From positions 81,654,001 to 81,718,000 of the forward strand of contig OX597825.1 of NCBI GenBank assembly GCA_951406725.2: DNA of 64,000 nucleotides, written 5' to 3'. Position numbers and translations under genes: made by a program. The notes under the pieces are model-generated. The model worked only from the letters and a program-made list of their open reading frames with translations, was not told the DNA's origin and did no database searches. Source of the stretch: Octopus vulgaris (taxonomy: Eukaryota). Below are positions 41,647 through 55,504 of this stretch, one piece after another. Every line of letters begins with the position of its first letter. Position 1 is the stretch's first letter.

Positions 41647-41680
<34 letters not shown>

Positions 41681-41891
41681 CGTATGTATGTATGTATGTA
41701 TGTATGTATGTGTGTGTGTGTATGTATGTATGTATGTATGTATGTATGTATGTATGTATGTATGTGTGTATGTATGTATGTATGTATGTATGTATGTATG
41801 TATGTATGTATGTATGTATGTATGTATGTATGTATGTATGTATGTATGTATGTATGTATGTATGTATGTATGTACGTACGTATGTATGTAT

Positions 41892-41988
41892 GTTATTTAG
41901 TCTTAATTCTAGATTTCTTGTCAACAAAGAAAGTACTGGTTCGAATCGATACCCAAGTCTTCTTCATTGGAATTTCATCATCAACATT
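41892..41988 (-). mobile_element. Diverged 3' terminus of the (CATA)n-associated RLE retroelement
   Basis: Aligns with 61390-61488 (AGATTTCTTG..AGAAAG..TCATTGGAATTTCA.CATCAACA); abuts (TATG)n on the same side. Confidence 0.65.
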
Positions 41989-42020
41989 CTAATAAGTGTT
42001 TTTGATATAAAATACATTTT

Positions 42021-42417
42021 AAGGCGACGAGCTGGCAGAAACGTTAGCACGCCGGGCGAAATTCCTAGCGGTATTTCGTCTGCCGTTACGTTCTGAGTTC
42101 AAATTCCGCCGAGGTCGACTTTGCCTTTCATCCTTTCAGGGTCGATTAAATAAGTACCAGTTACGCACTGGGGTCGATATAATCGACTTAATCCGTTAGT
42201 CTGTTCTTGTTTGTCCCCTCTGTGTTTAGCCCCTTGTGGGTAGTAAAGAAATAGAAATAGTTATTTCGTTTGTCTTTACGTTCTGAGTTCAAATTCCGCC
42301 GAGGTCGACTTTGCCTTTCATCCTTTCGGGGTCGATAAATTAGTACCAGGTGCGTACTGGGATCGATCTAATAGACCTCTCCAAAGATTTCGGGCCTTGT
42401 TCCTAGAGTAGAAAAGA
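42021..42417 (+). mobile_element. SINE family A, full dimeric form
   Basis: Head, body, linker, second B box/body, 3' end. Confidence 0.92.
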
Positions 42418-42814
42418 AAAATATGTTAAGTATCTTCCAATTCTCACTCAAATCATACCTAAATCCTTATGTTGTGTATTCCCTTGCAATCATTCATTCT
42501 TCAACCCAAATCCATACCCCACCCCACCCTTACAGTCCCTTCTGTCATACTTCATGCTCCAATCCCTACTCTACTCACTCGCAATCCAAACTTTAATCGC
42601 TCACTGTATCGAACTCCACTCCTTTTTATCCTTCTTCCTGTTATTTTGCTCTCATCTTCTTCACTCTTATTAATCTTTAGTCATTCATCACTTAAGCTCT
42701 TCGCTCCTTATGTCTCAAAGAACAACATTGCCATCAATGCTTTTGTAACTTTGCCTTTTTTTTCTAACTAGAAAACCTTGGCCCTACGCAAACCCATTTT
42801 TGCATCCGGGAAGA

Positions 42815-42930
42815 GTTGGTCAGTATTAGTCTGGCCTCTGTCCTTTGATCTGTCCGACATGAGACTCTTCCAGGATCTTGTACACCACCTGCCTAATTCT
42901 CAGGGTCACTGAAGCGTACAAGGCACCGCA
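42815..42930 (-). mobile_element. Possible RTE-clade LINE 5' UTR remnant
   Basis: Minus strand CTTCAGTGACCCTGAG..CATGTCGGACAGATCAAAGGACAGAGGCCAGACTAA resembles recalled RTE 5' UTRs. Confidence 0.35.
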
Positions 42931-44533
42931 AAGCAATAAGGACTGGACCCTGGTTTCGCAGAATTGTTCGATCATCGGGCAAAATGTCCTTCAATTGTTC
43001 TGATGTCAAATGCATCTGAGGTGAACTTTGCCTTTCGTCCTTTCAGGGTCAGTGACATCATAATTCAACCGTAACAGGGTGACCCGTGACGGACAAGTCT
43101 TCTGATCAGGAGGAACGTTGGCCCGCTCGCCTGGCCAGTGGGGTGGCGTCATTCGAAGACTAAAGCAATACAAAGTACATTGTGACCAGCGATGTGTAAC
43201 AACGTCAGATAGTCTGGTCGATCACGTGATACCCTGACCACCCTCTACCCGCCCTCTTATCCTCCCCTTCAATTTCTTTTTCACTCTCTCTCTCTCTCTC
43301 TTGCTTTCGTTCTCTCTTTCTTTCTTTCTTTCTTTCCTTCTCTCTTTTTTCTCCGACATACTCTTTCTTTTTCTTTCTGCCCCACACACTCTCTCTCTCT
43401 CCCCCTCTCTCTCTGAAATTTTTACATTCTCTTCTCTTTCTCTACCAGTTTATCATTCTGTTACCTTACGAAATTCTATTTATTTATACATATTATACAA
43501 ATACTATTCTTATTACCATATTACACTTCCTATCCGCTTCCCATCTTTCCTGCTCTAATGTGTAAACGTCAGCTGATGACGGCCAATGAGGCAAAAACAA
43601 ACCCACGGTTTGTTCCCTTATTTGTTTGGAAAATAAAACACCACAAATTAATTAATACCAACCATCAACTGATATTTCTCTCCCTGCATATCATATTTCC
43701 TTTTTAAGCTCTTTTCTCTTCTATCACATGCATTAAATATGTCTGACAACCATTTAGCCACCGTTTATCCGACATATCTACTCACAGAATTATTTAATAG
43801 GTCCTACATTAAATATTTTAACACTCAATTTTCTATTGATAATCCATTGTGTCAACCTCGGCAATACATCCGGCGTGTTTAAGCCAATACAGCCATCCCC
43901 ACCACGGCCATCCCCACCACGGCCATCACCACCACGGCCATCACCACTTCGGCCATCACCACCACGGCAACCACTGCCTCCGCCACCACCATCGAAGACA
44001 TGTTAGATGCGGACACTCTCGTTACAAGTGGTGTTGGTTTACATGAACAGCAGATGTTGATGCAGCGGACATAGGAGACACACGGCATGACTCATTTGGG
44101 GAGTCGGAGGATGGGGGGAGGAGGAGGAGGAGATGGAGAAAAAGAAGAAGAAGAAAAGAGGAGGAAGAGATAGAAGAAGAAGAAGAAGAAGAAGAAGAAG
44201 AAGAAGAAGAAGAAGAAGAAGAAGAAGAAGAAGAAGAAGAAGAAGAAGAAGAAGAAGAAGAAGAAGAATGGAAACTGAAGTGGGCGGGAGCATAGAACTA
44301 GCTAATAAAAAGGAAGACGAGTGACTATCGAAGAAATAATTACAATGAAAGTAACTTCTCAAGGATTCTCTGTGTGTCTCAGAGTTTGTCCTTTTTAGAT
44401 TGGAGTACAACAGTTGGGTGAGGTGGGGTTGTACCCTTGAAGGTTAGGGGTGACTTTGGTTTGTGACTTGTTCTAGTTAGAAGTACTCTTGCATAAGGAG
44501 AACTGTATCATCCAGGCATTCATAAAGTCAATA

Positions 44534-44570
<37 letters not shown>

Positions 44571-44591
44571 CTATCTATCTATCTATCTATC

Positions 44592-44639
<48 letters not shown>

Positions 44640-44814
44640 TATCTATATATACACACATACACATATATGTTAGCAATAATTATAACGATATTTATTTTAT
44701 TTATTTTTATTTTATTTTATCTAGTTTCAGCTCACGAGCTGTGGCCATGCTGGGGCACCGCCATATAGCGCAGGATACTAAGCCCAAGATTCCGAGTTTG
44801 GTTCCAAGCAGTGA

Positions 44815-44911
<97 letters not shown>

Positions 44912-44916
44912 AAGAA

Positions 44917-45445
44917 GAAAAAAGATGGTATAGGCACACACCAGAAAAGGTCACAGAAAGCGAGAAAGCAACCATACTCTGGGATATGCCGATACACACA
45001 GATAGAGAAATTAAGGCCAACAGACCAGATATAGTTGTCAGAGATCATGAAGATGAAGAAAAAAAATGCTTTTTAATTGATGTATCAATACCGGCAGATG
45101 ACAACGTGTCTCTAAAAGAAATGGAGAAACTCTCAAAATACAAAGACCTGGAAATAGAGGTAACTAGAATGTGGAATCTGAAAACAGAAACAATTCCTAT
45201 CATAGTAGGTGCATTAGGCATGATAAAAAAATATTCAGACAAATACATAACAAAAACACCAGGACTTACAAACACATATAACATACAGAAAATTGCACTA
45301 CTAGGCACTGCCCACATCCTACGCAGAACACTTTCCATACAATAACCATCAGAGCATCACAACAAATCACAGCACATACCCAAGGCACACAGAGCTGCGC
45401 TCGGTAGTGAAGTGAAAGCACGCTATAAAAATAAAAATAAAACTA

Positions 45446-45448
<3 letters not shown>
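44917..45448 (+). mobile_element. 5'-truncated RLE-type non-LTR retrotransposon (R4/Dong-like), endonuclease C-terminus plus 3' UTR
   Basis: Uninterrupted frame WYRHTPEKV..ILWDMPIHTDREIKANRPDIVV..CFLIDVSIP..EKLSKYKDL..IPIIVGALG..KIALLGTAHILRRTL* (stop at 45345); followed by (AAT)n. Confidence 0.92.
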
Positions 45449-45528
<80 letters not shown>

Positions 45529-45559
45529 TGATGATAATAATAATAATAATAATAACAAT

Positions 45560-45607
<48 letters not shown>

Positions 45608-45633
45608 AATAATAATAATAATAATAACAACAA

Positions 45634-45790
45634 CATAGAAAATACCTTAGGAATGAGAATCCAGGTTCGAAATTTCCCCAAAACACCTGATGAAGGTTGG
45701 AGGGTATATCAGGCGAAACGTGTTAACAACAAACAAGATGAGGACAAATATCCGTCAAATGTAAATAATGTAAATAATGTAAATAATTTT
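45634..45790 (+). mobile_element. Penelope-like repeat end with canonical-core hammerhead remnant (45682-45724)
   Basis: AACAC-CTGATGA-A-GGTTGG..TCAGGC-GAAA-C-GTGTT; cleavage triplet apparently deleted; TGTAAATAA x3 tail. Confidence 0.6.
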
Positions 45791-46427
45791 ACAATTTTTC
45801 CGGCATATTACTATGGTTTTTATGCCCTACACGTGTTTCCACTGCACTCATTACGGGAAATTGTAGGTGCAACCTAGCACGAGTACCAGTGATATACTGG
45901 GGGCGATATTAGCGAGTTAACACACTCCCCTAAAAACTACTTGTCCGACGGAACCATCAGTTCCTGAGTTCGCATACACTACGCGGCATCGTTTGAAGGA
46001 TGTCATTTCCATAGTCTGAAGTTCCCTATATTTGGGAGTGAAATTGGGTTGACGGAATCGGTATAAAAACCCAACGGGTGGGTTATATTTGCTGTTCAAA
46101 AGATACAGCTTTGTCACCGACGGTGTCTGACTCTTGCTTAGAATAGCGTCCAGGTATATTCAGCCACGTGTATGTTATTACAGGAGCAGATAATTCAATT
46201 GGTCGAACACTTGAAAACTAATCGTGAAAACGCCGGAGATCCGACACCACATTTGCAACGCATTTAGCAACTGAATGGGAGAGAAAGCGTTTTTATGGAA
46301 TATCTTTTATTGTGAGAAAATATTTGAACTTTCTTTGAAATATCAACATTTTCCTGAATTAGAGACGATTCGAATCCATTAATAATGCAAAACGATCTGG
46401 TGAGGAGAGAAGCATTTAATAACCAAC

Positions 46428-46528
<101 letters not shown>

Positions 46529-46580
46529 TATATATCTATATATATTTGTGTATGTATGCAATTCCACATATATATATATT

Positions 46581-46666
<86 letters not shown>

Positions 46667-46758
46667 CATATATACATATATATACATATATATACATATA
46701 TATACATATATATACATATATATATGTTGTATGTATGAATGTATTCGTGTTTGTATGT

Positions 46759-46802
<44 letters not shown>

Positions 46803-47038
46803 ATGTATTTTTATACATAGGTGAGTGCGCGTATGTATATATACATGTATTGTTGTCAATGACATCATTACAATTATTATCATTGTCAGTGCCTTTGTTC
46901 TTGTTATGTGCGTATGATATTTGTGTACATAGTTACGGGTGTCACGAAAAAACCCACAATATTTGCCACAATATTTACTGCTTGTAGATATATACGTACG
47001 TATTCATATCTGAATGCTTATATGTATATAGGTTTGTG

Positions 47039-47073
<35 letters not shown>

Positions 47074-47102
47074 AATATGCATATATATGAGCATGTGTCT
47101 AC

Positions 47103-47138
<36 letters not shown>

Positions 47139-47961
47139 GCATATATACTGATATATATTTAGGTGTTTGTGCGTGTTTGCATGTGTGGGTTTGTGCGCAT
47201 GTGTGTATGTATGTATATATATATATATATATATATACATATATATAAATGTGTGTCTATGAATATATATTTGCACATACACACACATATATGTATATAT
47301 ATATGTGCATATATATATGTGTGTATATATATATTTACAAATATATATATGCATATATATATATATATAGATAGATATATATGTATATATAGATATAGAT
47401 ATATAGATATATATGCAGATATTGAAGGGCCAAACGCCAACATCTAACGCTATTGTTTCCTGGGGCAGATAGAAGGTGCTGGAATAGGGAGGAGGCGGTA
47501 TATATGCATGTAAGAACATATAAAACAAAATAAGAAAAACACCCTCCCCCCACCCCAACAAACAACAAACAACAACAACAACACACCACACAAACAAACA
47601 AACAAAAAATGCAACAAAACTAAACGATGACTTTAGTCCATAAACACAAAGGTAAACGCAAACATAAGCAAAACGAATGCAGCCGAAAAGAGAAAGAAAA
47701 GTGAAAAATAAAAATAAATAATAACAAGAAAAAAATTCTAAACAAAAGAGACTATAAAGTCGCTTGTGCTAGTAACCTTAGGTGTACATAATCGATAACC
47801 TAAGTCAATTATTGAACCGTACACACACACGCACACACCTACGCACACTCACACACATACACTCATACACAAAATCAAACACTTGTATATTTGTGCGTGC
47901 GTATATATATATAAATATATATATACATATACATATATATATATAGATAGATAGATATCCA

Positions 47962-48016
<55 letters not shown>

Positions 48017-48084
48017 GTATATACATATATTTATACATATATATGTATATATATGCATATATATACACACATATATATATATAC

Positions 48085-48115
<31 letters not shown>

Positions 48116-48163
48116 CATATATTTATATACATACACATATATATGTGTGCATGTATGCATGTG

Positions 48164-48194
<31 letters not shown>

Positions 48195-48338
48195 TTGTGT
48201 GAGTGTGTATACACGTCATACGTAGACAGAGATGAACTTACATATGATAAACTTTTATAAACATACAACGTTTTTATGGTCTTATCACCGCAACGCTACT
48301 ACTACTACTACTACTACTACTACTAGTACTAGTACTAC

Positions 48339-48375
<37 letters not shown>

Positions 48376-49177
48376 ACTACTACTACTACTACCTATGTTT
48401 GAAAGTTACACGCAAACACGCCCACATTCATATATACACACACATACACACACATACACGCACGTACATACGTGCATACATACATACATACATACATACA
48501 TACATACATACATACATACATACATACGTACATACATACATACATACATACATACATACATACATACATACATACATACATACATACATACATACATACA
48601 TACATACATACATACATACATACATACATACATACACACATACATATCTGTTAATGTTTTGCTTTTAGTGTGAAGTTATATACAAAAATATTGAAGCATA
48701 GGATTACTCAAATGTTTTTGCAGAGAATATCTTTGTCAACTTTTACAGAGAGAATTTGAAAGGGACTTCAAAGTTACGATTTGCTCGTCTTCGTCACTGC
48801 CTACCTTTTCCTCTTGATAGTTAATATATATATGTATAGATGCATGCATACATACACACATATGCATACAGATATGTATGTATGCATACACACACACGCA
48901 TACACACATATAAGATACAAGGAGTTTTCGTCAGATATATTCAAACTAATAGGTATGCGCTTTGAGTGCTGAAATAGGTATAGCACTAAAATTCCTTTTT
49001 GAACTGCAGTTGAAGGTGGGAGTGTGTGACTGCTTTATCCAAAGCGGCTGGAAGTGGCTTCTCCTTGAGTTGGCACGTTTAGCTTAAAGTAGAAAAGAGA
49101 AGGCAAACATTTTGGCGAGACTTGACAAGGACATTTAATTTAGGTTTGTGATAAAAGGTTTAGAGATAGAAAGGTAG

Positions 49178-49220
<43 letters not shown>

Positions 49221-49309
49221 AAGAGTGAGAGAAATAGATACAAACCATACATACATAAATACACACACGTCCACTTAAACACATACACACGCAGCACCCA
49301 TATAAACGA

Positions 49310-49585
49310 GGCGCACATAGGTATATATAAAAATATACAAAATGGGACAAGAATGCAAAACATCTAGATAGACAATACAAAAAACACGGATGGGTCATTC
49401 GAAGCCTTTAATCTTCAGTCAAGAACCGGTTCATCCTCGCAGTTTCGGCTGATAAATCTTGAGATTGCTCCAATCTGGCCAGCCCCAAGGAAAAACTAAG
49501 CTAACAGCATTAGATTCCTTGGAAAAAAGCTTCGAATGTATACGAAAACAAGGGCGGAAAAACGGACGATGTTACACGAATATAC
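49310..49585 (-). repeat. Dispersed repeat family E, longer copy
   Basis: Reverse complement similarity to 8425-8590. Confidence 0.75.
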
Positions 49586-49607
49586 GCTATTGTGATATCT
49601 CTCACTG

Positions 49608-49672
49608 ACACTCAACCACACACACACACACACACACACACACAACACACACACACACACACACACACACAA

Positions 49673-49751
<79 letters not shown>

Positions 49752-49753
49752 AA

Positions 49754-49848
<95 letters not shown>

Positions 49849-49873
49849 AACCACACACACACACACACACACA

Positions 49874-49912
<39 letters not shown>

Positions 49913-49914
49913 AA

Positions 49915-49976
<62 letters not shown>

Positions 49977-50004
49977 AACCACACACACACACACACACAC
50001 TCAA

Positions 50005-50058
<54 letters not shown>

Positions 50059-50078
50059 AACCACACACACACACACAC
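49608..50078. repeat. (CA)n array with recurrent CTCAAC interruptions
   Basis: Direct reading. Confidence 0.9.
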
Positions 50079-50236
50079 CGATCCACACCACCACCACCAC
50101 CACTACCGCTACTGCTACTACTGTCACCGCGGCCGTTGTGTTCGCCAAAACCGCTGCTCACGCTATATTGACGGATTAAGCATGACATCTAGAGACCACC
50201 ACCCCTCACCTGTACACCTACCCTTAACACCTTGAA

Positions 50237-50452
50237 ACTACCTGCTTACCTACCCACCTACCTACCAACCTACCTACCAACCTACCTACCTATCTACCTA
50301 CCTACCTACCTACCTACCAACCTACCTACCTACCTACCTACCTACCTACCTACCTACCTACCTACCTACCTACCTACCTACCTACCTACCTACCTACCTA
50401 CCTACCTACCTACCTACCTACCTACCTACCTACCTACCTGCCTGCCTGCCTG
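50237..50452. repeat. (CCTA)n microsatellite
   Basis: Direct reading. Confidence 0.95.
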
Positions 50453-50655
50453 CCAGCAAGCAAGCATGCTTGCATGCAAGCCAAAATAAGTGACTTGATA
50501 ATTCTTTTATAATTAGAGCGAGAGGGAGACCCCCCTCCCGTTCCCCGTTCCCACCACGACCACCAACACCACCACCATTACAGAAGCAACATTAAAAACA
50601 CACTAATACTACTAAAACAACAACAACAACGACGACAATAATGATAATGGTGTTA

Positions 50656-50694
<39 letters not shown>

Positions 50695-51261
50695 TGGATG
50701 CCGTTCATAACAACAAAAGTAATAAAGGGTGGGGTGGGGTGAGGTTGGGGTGGGTTGGGGTGAGGGTGGGTTTAGGGTGGGGAGGATTCTGAACGAAACA
50801 GAAACAAAGGTGAAATAACAACGATGTTACATCCGGTAGGAATAAACTTGAATAAGTATTTGAGACAATGGTGGTGGGGGGGGTGATGAAATTCATGGTG
50901 GGGATTATGATGATGATGATGATGAGGGGAAGGAGGAGGATGAAAATGACCACGGTGATGACGATGATGATGACGACAATGACGATGACGACGAGAATGG
51001 TGATGATGGTGATGACAACAATCTTGTGCCTAATCGAGCGTGACCCGAATCAATATGAACAACAACTGAAGCAGCCGTAATAATATATTAATAAGGATGA
51101 TTTCTTTTCACGAAATACACCACCATCACTACCACCACCAACAACAACGATAACACTACTACCATCACTACCACAAATGCCACCACCACCACCACCACTA
51201 ACACCTCCATCACCACCGCCACCATTTTAGAATAATAATAATAATAACAATAATGATGATG

Positions 51262-51338
<77 letters not shown>

Positions 51339-52481
51339 TTTGGGGTCAAAGGGAGCAATACGTTCAGTATATAACGTGTATATATATATATATACATATG
51401 TAAGGTTGTACATATAAAGACATTGAATAGTTTTTGTCTATCAAACAAATAAATGTTAACTGAACCGTGTAAAAGTGAGAAATCGTACTGGTGTAAGATC
51501 ATGCACGCCACTGCATCTCGCAGCATCTCCTCATACTTTGGTGTCGACCAAATCGTGAAAACTCCCATATCTGCTTAGCAATTAATCTCAAGCAACTGAT
51601 ACATTACTGGTTTGGTTTTTACCGTTAGTCTTTTAGTTAGGTGTTCAAGAAGTCCAGACCCTATTTCACCTTTAATGATCACAATTAAAATTTCGTCTAC
51701 CTTCAGGCGGAGTTTGGTAAATCTATGATGCTACTATTGAGGATTTTGACAGCGATGGGTTTCTGGTAATCCAGCCGCAATTCCTACAGTCTCTCTTGAG
51801 TCTGGAAACATTACTTATAATTAAATAAATTAATGTATTATTATATTATATCGTATAATACATAAATTATAATAGATAATTAGAATAGATAATTATAATA
51901 GATAAATTATATATAATTCAATAAATTATAAATAAAGACACAGATGGGAAACTGTCACCTAGGTTTCATTTAGGCACCTCACAACCTTAAATACCTTGTA
52001 CTCTGCGCCCAAATTCTCGAATTGTTCGTCTCTTAAGCTGCTAGCAAACACCTCGGTGATCTTGGTTAATGAGATAAAGTTCGTGTTTTATTTCTGTTGG
52101 TTAAAGTGTAGCAATTCACAGAAACTTAAAGTAGTTTTTGCCAGCCGCTTATCCCTGACATGTAATCAAAGCTTCTTTCCTCTCAAATTTACGCTTTATC
52201 TTTTGATAGTTCGTTCAAATTGTCCATCCGTGCCCTCCGTAGCTGTTCCGAGGAGAAGACGGGTTTCTTGTTGCACTTTATTCTCAACTTTTGCTTCGGT
52301 TCGATTTTTGGGAGGTTTTTTTACCTCTTTTTTTTTCTTTCCTCTCATCCCGAGAGTTTGCTACATGTCTTCATTCACCATGTCGTCCACATCCTTGCTG
52401 TACGAAGGAACTGTACCACTGGTTGTGACCTTTAAATAAGATCCCTTGTCTTTAGTTCCAGACCCTGAAGATGGGGTGAAT

Positions 52482-52708
52482 TTGTTTCTTATTTCTTTAT
52501 TGCCCACAAGGGGCAATAGAGGAGACAAACAAGGACAGACAAACGGATTAAGTCGATTACATCGACCCCAGTGCGTAACTGGTACTTAATTTATCGACCC
52601 CCGAAAGGATGAAAGGCAAAGTCGCCCTCGGTGGAATTTGAACTCAGAACGTAACGGCAGACGAAATACCGCTAAGCATTTCGCCCGGCGTGCTAACGTT
52701 TCTGCCAG
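52482..52708 (-). mobile_element. SINE family A
   Basis: Reverse complement of 11720-11949. Confidence 0.9.
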
Positions 52709-52934
52709 TTATACTCAATGTTGCGATTAGTGACTTGCTAGAAATGGTAGTTCATGTGGCCCGTTGTTACTGCTATTCTCTGTAATGTTGCTTCCTTCCA
52801 CAGTGTTCGTGTATTCACAACTCACACACCATTGTGCATGCACATTTTACACGAAACACTTGGTCTTCTTTCCTATAATGCTTTCTCATCAACGTGGTAT
52901 TAGAAATCGCCCGCAATCCCTTGTTCGTACAGAC

Positions 52935-53098
52935 ACAGGCGTAGTTGTGTGGTTAAGAGGTACACTTAGCAGCCGTGTGATTTGGGGTTCAGTTCCACTC
53001 CACGGCATTTCATGCAAGTGTCTTGTACTGTAGCCCCGTGCCTAGCAAAGGCTTGGAAGTGAATATGTTAAACGGAAACTGTATAGAAGCTCGTCGTA
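52935..53098 (+). mobile_element. SINE family B, 5' half (diverged)
   Basis: GTGTGGTTAAGA..GGTTCAGTTCCACT..GCAAGTGTCTT..AACGGAAACTG. Confidence 0.7.
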
Positions 53099-53166
53099 CA
53101 CACACACACACACACTGAAACACACACATATATTTACATACATATATATATATATATATATATGTA

Positions 53167-53715
53167 CGAGGGTGAGTCAAAAAGTAATGCCATTTTGTTT
53201 AGCGCAGGTATAATTACCAACACAGGAACATGTATCATACATCAAAATGAAGCTGGTCCTCTGTGGATCACATCCCTACTTCTCAACATAGTCACCGTTT
53301 CCCTCAATAGCAATGTTCCACCTTCGAATGAGAGCATGTATCCCTGCCCCGTAAAATTCTATTCACTGTTCTTTGAACCACTTCTTCACTACAGTTTTCA
53401 CTTCCTCGTCACTGGAATAATGTTTGCCTCTCAAACCCTCTTTCATGGGGCCGAAGAGTTGATAGTCCAGTGACGAGGAAGTGAAAACTGTAGTGAAGAA
53501 GTGGCTCAAAGAACAGTCAACAGAATTTTACAGGGTAGGGATACATGCTCTCATTCGAAGGTGGAACATTGCTATTGAGAGAAACGGTGAATATGTTGAG
53601 AAGTAGGGATGTGATCCACAGAGGACCAGCTTCATTTTGATGTATGATACATGTTCCTGTGTTGGTAATTATACCTGTCCCAAACAAAATGGCATTACTT
53701 TTTGACTCACCCTCG
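53167..53715. mobile_element. Palindromic mariner MITE built from two inverted 3' ends
   Basis: TA|CGAGGGTGAGTCAAAAAG..CTTTTTGACTCACCCTCG|TA; 250-bp arms; + strand 53466-53606 reads SSDEEVKTVVKKWLKEQSTEFYRVGIHALIRRWNIAIERNGEYVEK*; the spacer on the minus strand reads DYQLFGPMKEGLRGKHY. Confidence 0.92.
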
Positions 53716-53754
53716 TATACACACACACATGTTATGTATGTATACATGCATGTA

Positions 53755-53811
<57 letters not shown>

Positions 53812-54559
53812 TAGAGGAAGTTAAAACTTATGCGCTCTTGTTTGCATGCTTTCACTGTTTTAGGCCCCTACATAATCACGAGGAAACATGGCTACTCTCT
53901 CGCCCCACTCACTCCTCCCACCCTCGACTCAGCTGAACATCCAGGTTATGGTGTGCTTACTGGAAGAAGGGAAGTACTTGATTGGTTCCTATTTTCTGCC
54001 GAATAGACGTGTACAATGGGAAATGAAGCGCCTTGCGCATGTGTCATAATTTTAAATATTTATGTAACAATCAAATGCCTTAGCAATAACATAAATAAAA
54101 CGATGCATCCATAATGAATTATGTCTTCAATTTCCTTCCATAGTTTATCTCTCAATTGTCTTACAAATAACATAAATGTTGTAATTATGTCTTTGATTTC
54201 GTTCCATAGTTAAGAAGGTGTTTGTTTAAAGCCCTACCTAGGTAAACCGTAACAAATTAATATTATAGATAATTAATTATAATGAATACTAGTCGCTTAA
54301 TGTGATAGAATCAGCTTCAAAAGAAAACTGCCGACCATCGTTACTATTGGATCGAGAACCTTCTATCGATTCTTCAATGCAATTCCTTTTCGCTCGTTTC
54401 TGTTCATTATATAGAACTGACGAGCGTGGTTAAAACGCTGTTGTTGTTTTTGTTGCTGTTGTATGACCCCGGGTCCAGAGTAAACCTGATTGATCAGATC
54501 AAAGATCGAAGATGTTCAGATTATAACTTTTTATTATTATTAGAAACGTTAGCACTCCT

Positions 54560-54950
54560 GTAAGCTGGCAGAATCGTTAGCATGTCGGACGAAATGCTCA
54601 GCGATATTTCGTCTGCCGTTACGTTCTGAGTTCAAATTCCACCGAGGTCGACTTTGCCTTTCATCCTTTCGAGGTCGAGTAAATAAGTACCAGTTACGCA
54701 CTGGGGTCGATATAATCGACTTAATCCGTTTGTCTGTCCTTGTTTGTCCCTTCTGTGTTTAGCCCCTTGTGGGTAGTAAAGAAATAGGTATTTCGACTGT
54801 CTTTATGTTCTGAGTTCAAATTCCGCCAAAGTCGACTTCGCCTTACATCCTTTCGGGGTCGATAAAATAAGTACCAGCTGAACACTAGGGTCAATGTAAT
54901 CGACTTAGCTTCTCCCCTAACACTGCTGGCCTTGTGTCAAATTCTGAAAC
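54560..54950 (+). mobile_element. SINE family A, dimeric form
   Basis: Head, body, linker, second body. Confidence 0.9.
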
Positions 54951-54961
54951 CATTATTATTA

Positions 54962-55480
54962 TATTTTCCTTCTCAGAGGACCCGATCTTACTTGCTCTGG
55001 TTAATTCTGTGAGAGTGGACAGCATCCTGTGGTCAAAAGTCTCACAGGGTCTCTTTCCACAAATTATAAGACTTGGTATTTAATGCTAAGTTTCGCGGAA
55101 GACGCTAAACGCCAATTACCAATCTCAAATTCCTCATTGTCCCCAGCAAAGCAGTTTTTTTAGCATGCTTTTCACTCGTGTCAATTCCAAATTCTCCGAC
55201 ATATTTCTCGAACATGGTTGCTAATACTCCGAGTACCGCCACTTCAACTTTCGGGATGAAAGTTACTTTCTTCATTGCCCAAAGTCTTGCAATTTTTTTT
55301 TTTTTTGTCTTTTAGTAACTTATATTTTTCCACCTTCTCCAACTCTTCGTCACCTGCCCGTGAGTCCCCAGGTATGGCAAAATCTATGATCTTAGTTTTC
55401 TTTTTCCATTCATCCCCAACAACAATGTCCGGTCACCGAGCATCAATTAGAAAATCACAGTGGATAGTAAAATCTCACAT
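54962..55480 (-). mobile_element. Older degenerate R4/Dong-like RLE non-LTR fragment
   Basis: Minus strand DFTIHCD..R*PDIVV..KIIDFAIPGDSR..EKVEKYKLL..IARLWAMKKV..KTALLGTMRNLR (stop ~55105); short AAT run after the putative 3' UTR. Confidence 0.8.
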
Positions 55481-55504
55481 CTTATATCATCATCATCATC
55501 AGTC

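Noticed and set aside
43570-43600. CTGATGA-CGGCC-AATGA-GGC-AAAA
   Set aside because: G12 is missing, there is no stem I partner, and it is a single copy
45891-46160. Weak terminal inverted similarity
   Set aside because: Needs several gaps; an old MITE cannot be distinguished from chance
51990-52440. 147-aa ORF and purine-rich minus-strand frame
   Set aside because: No recognisable motif; the minus frames are interrupted by stops; possibly decayed repeat
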